Shown piece after piece: positions 21,292 through 24,000 of a stretch of DNA of 24,000 nucleotides; the stretch's first letter is position 1, and each line of letters starts with the position of its first letter. The DNA is from Rhizobiales bacterium NRL2. Lineage in GTDB: Bacteria > Pseudomonadota > Alphaproteobacteria > Minwuiales > Minwuiaceae. The stretch is taken from positions 3,377,031 through 3,401,030 of the forward strand of contig CP016093.1 of assembly GCA_001664005.1 (NCBI GenBank). The letters are read 5' to 3'. The notes under the pieces are model-generated. The model did not search any database and had not been told where the DNA came from. It worked only from the letters and a program-made list of their open reading frames with translations. Position numbers and translations under genes: made by a program.

Positions 21292-23104
21292 CGTTCTTCG
21301 CCTCGCCTTCATTCCCTACTGTTCCCGCCGCGGATGTCTCCTGGCCGTAAAGCTGCCCGAACGCCTGTTCGTAGCCGGCGTCGCGCCACTCGCGGACCTC
21401 CTCGATCGCCCCGGAAAATTCGGCGAAAAGCTCTCGTTCCCTTTCCAGCAAAGGATGATCCTCGGGCAGCGGTTTCCGCGTCTTGGCAATACCATCTGCC
21501 AGAGCCGCGACACCGCGCATCCATGGGTTGAACGACTCGGAAAACAAGTAACGGCTCGTTCGCATCGGATGCAGCCACTTCAACGACTCCGCGGTCCATG
21601 GATTGCTCGCCATCTGAACCCACGGACTGACGAAGCTCCGGTAGAACGCCTCGCCCGCCTCGGAAACAGCCCGCACTTGTTCGAATGCCTGGCTTTGCTC
21701 CGGAAACTTCAGATCCTCGACCCGCCGCTCGTCAAACCGCACGGTGAATTGCGGCTTGTGGCAGTCGGGGTCGCCGCTCGGGTTGTCGATCTTCATCTCG
21801 TAGAGGCCCGGGGCGAGGGCTTCGATCTCATCGAGGTTTTCGAGAATGGCGCGATGTTCAAGGCGGGCGACCTTGGCCGACACGAAGATGCCGAGATGGC
21901 CCACATGCGGATTGGTCAGATAGACGATCCGTTGACCCGCCTTCTTCAGATCGGCCGTATCCTCATATACGGTCGGAATCCAGCCCAGAGCCTGATGCGG
22001 CGGCGTGATGTTGTCTCCGTAGGAGGCAAAGATGACCAACGGATTGCGGATGCGGCGCAAATCGGCGATGCAGCCGTCGCAGATGCGCATGATGCCCTGT
22101 TCCAGCTTGTTGCCGATGAACAGGTTTTCGACGATCGCCAGTATTTCTTCGCGGCTGAGGAAATAGAACCCGTTCCACCAGCGCTCGAACTCGAGGAAGC
22201 GCTCGCTCTCGGTATCGACCTTGTGGAACAGACCGGCGTATTTCTCCCAAATAGCCTTTTCCGGCTTCAGGTTCTCGAAATTCAGGGCCAGCCACGCGCC
22301 ATCGAAGCGGCCGTTGCCGAGATCGGCCGTCAAATGCGTGAGCCAGGCGCCGCCGAGCAGTCCTCCGGTCACCCGCATCGGATTGACGCCGGCCTCGCCT
22401 GACCAATAGGACAGCGGCGAGCCGTTCAGCACAGCAGGGCCGACCAGACCCTCACAGTCGGCCGAGAGCAGAGTCATCGCCCAACCGGCCTGACAGTTGC
22501 CGTAAAGGACAGGCGGCGTGCCGGAATGGCGTCCGGCGACCTCCTCCACGAAGCGCCTGAGTGCATGTAACACGTCGGCCAGTGTCTGGCCGGGCGATGG
22601 CTCCGGGAAAAAGATCACGAAATATGTTGGATGCCCCTCGTGGAGCGCCATGCCGACTTCGGAATCGTGCTTGAACCCGCCGATCCCCGGCCCGTGCCCG
22701 GCGCGCGGATCGACCACGATGACCGGCGGCTTGTCGGAATCGACGCAGTCGTCCCAGCAGTCATCGCCGACTTCCGTAATCCGCAGGAGCGCATAGTTCG
22801 CGGGAGGCTCGAAGCGCCGTGCGTCGAGGATCGTCTCGTATTTGAAGTCGAGCAACGGCGGCAAACCGGCGCGTTCATGCTCGAGCATATTGTCGGCGCG
22901 TTGTCTGAGCGTGTCCCAGAAAAGGATCGTCCGCTGCCAGAGGTCGACCTGGTAGTCGACGAGATCCTGGCCCGGCAGTCGAGCGTCCGAAGCATCCCCC
23001 ACACGCTTCTGACGCCGGGCATCCGCCTGGCTTACCAGTTTAAGTGCGGGTGCCCGTTTGTCGCCGGCATCGGTTGTGGCTTTTTGCCTCTTTGCCGTCG
23101 TCAT
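21281..23104 (-). CDS. DUF3141-family alpha/beta-hydrolase-fold protein (uncharacterised; sometimes annotated as PHA-synthetase-like)
   Basis: ORF 21281-23305 trimmed to ATG 23104 (GGGAGG upstream, ATGA overlap with the upstream stop). 607 aa. DLWQRTILFWDTLRQRADNMLEHERAGLPPLLDFKYE..., VDPRAGHGPGIGGFK, a nucleophile-elbow-like LYGNCQAGWAM, and ...YGDNITPPHQALGWI. The family name is recalled, not searched. Confidence 0.8.
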   Translation of the reverse strand: MTTAKRQKATTDAGDKRAPALKLVSQADARRQKRVGDASDARLPGQDLVDYQVDLWQRTILFWDTLRQRADNMLEHERAGLPPLLDFKYETILDARRFEPPANYALLRITEVGDDCWDDCVDSDKPPVIVVDPRAGHGPGIGGFKHDSEVGMALHEGHPTYFVIFFPEPSPGQTLADVLHALRRFVEEVAGRHSGTPPVLYGNCQAGWAMTLLSADCEGLVGPAVLNGSPLSYWSGEAGVNPMRVTGGLLGGAWLTHLTADLGNGRFDGAWLALNFENLKPEKAIWEKYAGLFHKVDTESERFLEFERWWNGFYFLSREEILAIVENLFIGNKLEQGIMRICDGCIADLRRIRNPLVIFASYGDNITPPHQALGWIPTVYEDTADLKKAGQRIVYLTNPHVGHLGIFVSAKVARLEHRAILENLDEIEALAPGLYEMKIDNPSGDPDCHKPQFTVRFDERRVEDLKFPEQSQAFEQVRAVSEAGEAFYRSFVSPWVQMASNPWTAESLKWLHPMRTSRYLFSESFNPWMRGVAALADGIAKTRKPLPEDHPLLERERELFAEFSGAIEEVREWRDAGYEQAFGQLYGQETSAAGTVGNEGEAKNDGR

Positions 23105-23439
23105 GGCCGGCCTCCCCGGCCACTGTGCGCGGCAAAGAAATTGTAAAGCGGCGCGAAGACCAGTGCTACATACCAGCCATAGGCGAAGCTCTCGGCCAGG
23201 CCGAGGAAAAAGCTCTGCCAGCTCAGCCAAGTGAAGCCAGGAAGGAGCCGGAACCAGCTTTGATACATCGCCTGGCCGGGAAACAAAAGGTCGAAGCCGA
23301 CGCAAAGAGCGAAGGTGACGGCCAGGAAGAGGCCTAGGCTCAAGCCGAGCGCCATCACGGGTATTCTTGAAGCAGACTGAACCGGCAGGGGCGTCCCCGC
23401 GCGCGGCGGCGTCCTCGAAGAGATATTGAGATCAGACAT
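23101..23439 (-). CDS. Small two-TM membrane protein (resembles DUF5676-type proteins of metal-resistance loci; name from memory)
   Basis: ATG 23439 (GGAGG upstream) within ORF 23101-23718. MSDLNISS...IPVMALGLSLGLFLAVTFALCVGFDLLFPGQAMYQSWFRLLPGFTWLSWQSFFLGLAESFAYGWYVALVFAPLYNFF. It overlaps the upstream stop by 8 nt. Confidence 0.65.
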   Translation of the reverse strand: MSDLNISSRTPPRAGTPLPVQSASRIPVMALGLSLGLFLAVTFALCVGFDLLFPGQAMYQSWFRLLPGFTWLSWQSFFLGLAESFAYGWYVALVFAPLYNFFAAHSGRGGRP

Positions 23440-23791
23440 GGCGGTCCTCCAACTGGGGCGTCGGCGTCTCGGTCTTGGCACCGGGTCCGACATATTGCTC
23501 GGGCGCAGCCTCAAAGCGCTCCCGGCATTCCCGCGAGCAAAAATAATAAACATTGCCGTCATGGACGCTCGGCTTGGCCTTGTCGGTACTGACGGTCTTG
23601 CCGCAGACGGGATCGACGTCCTTGGTTGGGGGAATCCACCGCAACTCCTCGGCATTCTTTTGCCGGCTGTGGTTCGCATCGCCGTGCTTGGCCTTGCCGT
23701 GCCCATGTCCCATGACATGGGCGCCGCAGCCGAAGCGCATCATCACGAAGATGATCACCGCCCAGATCAGGAAGTAGAAAAGCGCGTTCAT
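23432..23791 (-). CDS. Membrane-anchored YHS-domain protein with a His-rich linker
   Basis: N-terminal TM MNALFYFLIWAVIIFVMMRFGCGAHVMGHGHGKAKHGD (DUF2933-like motif), then DPVCGKTVSTDKAKPSVHDGNVYYFCSRECRERFEAAPEQY (YHS). Confidence 0.8.
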   Translation of the reverse strand: MNALFYFLIWAVIIFVMMRFGCGAHVMGHGHGKAKHGDANHSRQKNAEELRWIPPTKDVDPVCGKTVSTDKAKPSVHDGNVYYFCSRECRERFEAAPEQYVGPGAKTETPTPQLEDRHV

Positions 23792-23806
23792 GAACCCTGC
23801 CCGCGA

Positions 23807-24000
23807 CTACTTTTTCGCTGCGCTTGTCTTCGAGGCTGCGGTGCCGTCGTTCTCCGACCGCTTCACGGCAGCGCTCTCGTCGTCCTGGCCCGCCGCCGCT
23901 CGGCTCGCCTCGTGCACCAGCCCGGCGCAGCATTTGGACGTGATCTCGGCAAGCTCCCCAACATGGCTGGCGAGCGCCCCGAAGAGATCGCGATAGGCCT
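23807..24000 (-). CDS. 3' end of an unidentified gene (start beyond the window) with an Ala/Lys-rich tail; possibly phasin-like, unproven
   Basis: The minus-strand frame is open to the window edge: ...AYRDLFGALASHVGELAEITSKCCAGLVHEASRAAAGQDDESAAVKRSENDGTAASKTSAAKK* (TAG at 23807-23809). It ends 15 nt upstream of the YHS/TM gene on the same strand. Confidence 0.35.
   Translation of the reverse strand, partial: AYRDLFGALASHVGELAEITSKCCAGLVHEASRAAAGQDDESAAVKRSENDGTAASKTSAAKK

Noticed and set aside
20840-22402. 520-aa ORF on the plus strand, plus 20080-20820 and 20827-21531
   Set aside because: These are antisense to ackA and the DUF3141 gene. They show no motifs and are high-GC shadow frames.
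23105-23305. Upstream extensions of ORF-track calls (also 1459-1509, 1956-2057, 4041-4055, 5283-5312, 8376-8450, 9198-9419, 11557-11700, 17172-17231, 21292-21312, 23440-23718)
   Set aside because: These are longest-ORF artefacts. The internal starts have Shine-Dalgarno sequences, give family-typical N-termini or signal peptides, and produce start/stop coupling with the upstream gene.

Overview
This window is high-GC accessory DNA with a Rhizobiales-like (alphaproteobacterial) character. It reads as the regulatory and cargo part of an integrative conjugative element or plasmid, built from six modules joined at lower-GC junctions.

1. 1-464 (-): the 5' part of ardC, running off the left edge. 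It is preceded by a roughly 400 bp hairpin-dense non-coding stretch.
2. 1510-5912 (+): a periplasmic copper-resistance operon. It encodes a small secreted His/Cys protein, multicopper oxidase CopA with a roughly 170-residue Met/His insert, CopB, pseudoazurin and a CopI-like cupredoxin.
3. 6134-9197: an AHL quorum-sensing switch. Its gene order matches traR-traI1-msi172-msi171-qseM-qseC of Mesorhizobium ICEMlSymR7A as I recall it. It includes an FseA-like activator split into two ORFs that needs a +1 shift at a T6 run.
4. 9459-10782: junction scars. These are an AbiEii toxin gene without a start codon, an IS3-family transposase/IR remnant and an HlyD-type 5' fragment.
5. 10885-15749 (-): a Cu(I) export operon encoding SHOCT, a P1B ATPase, a YncE-like propeller, DUF2933 and an ICMT-like methyltransferase.
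6. 16174-23791 (-): a tightly coupled 8-gene operon (YHS/TM, small membrane protein, DUF3141, AckA, Pta, PhaC, FabI, YHS). This is my best candidate for an uncharacterised system.

I could not recognise any rRNA, tRNA or CRISPR array. All calls come from reading translations by eye. No searches were run, and family and DUF names are recalled from memory.
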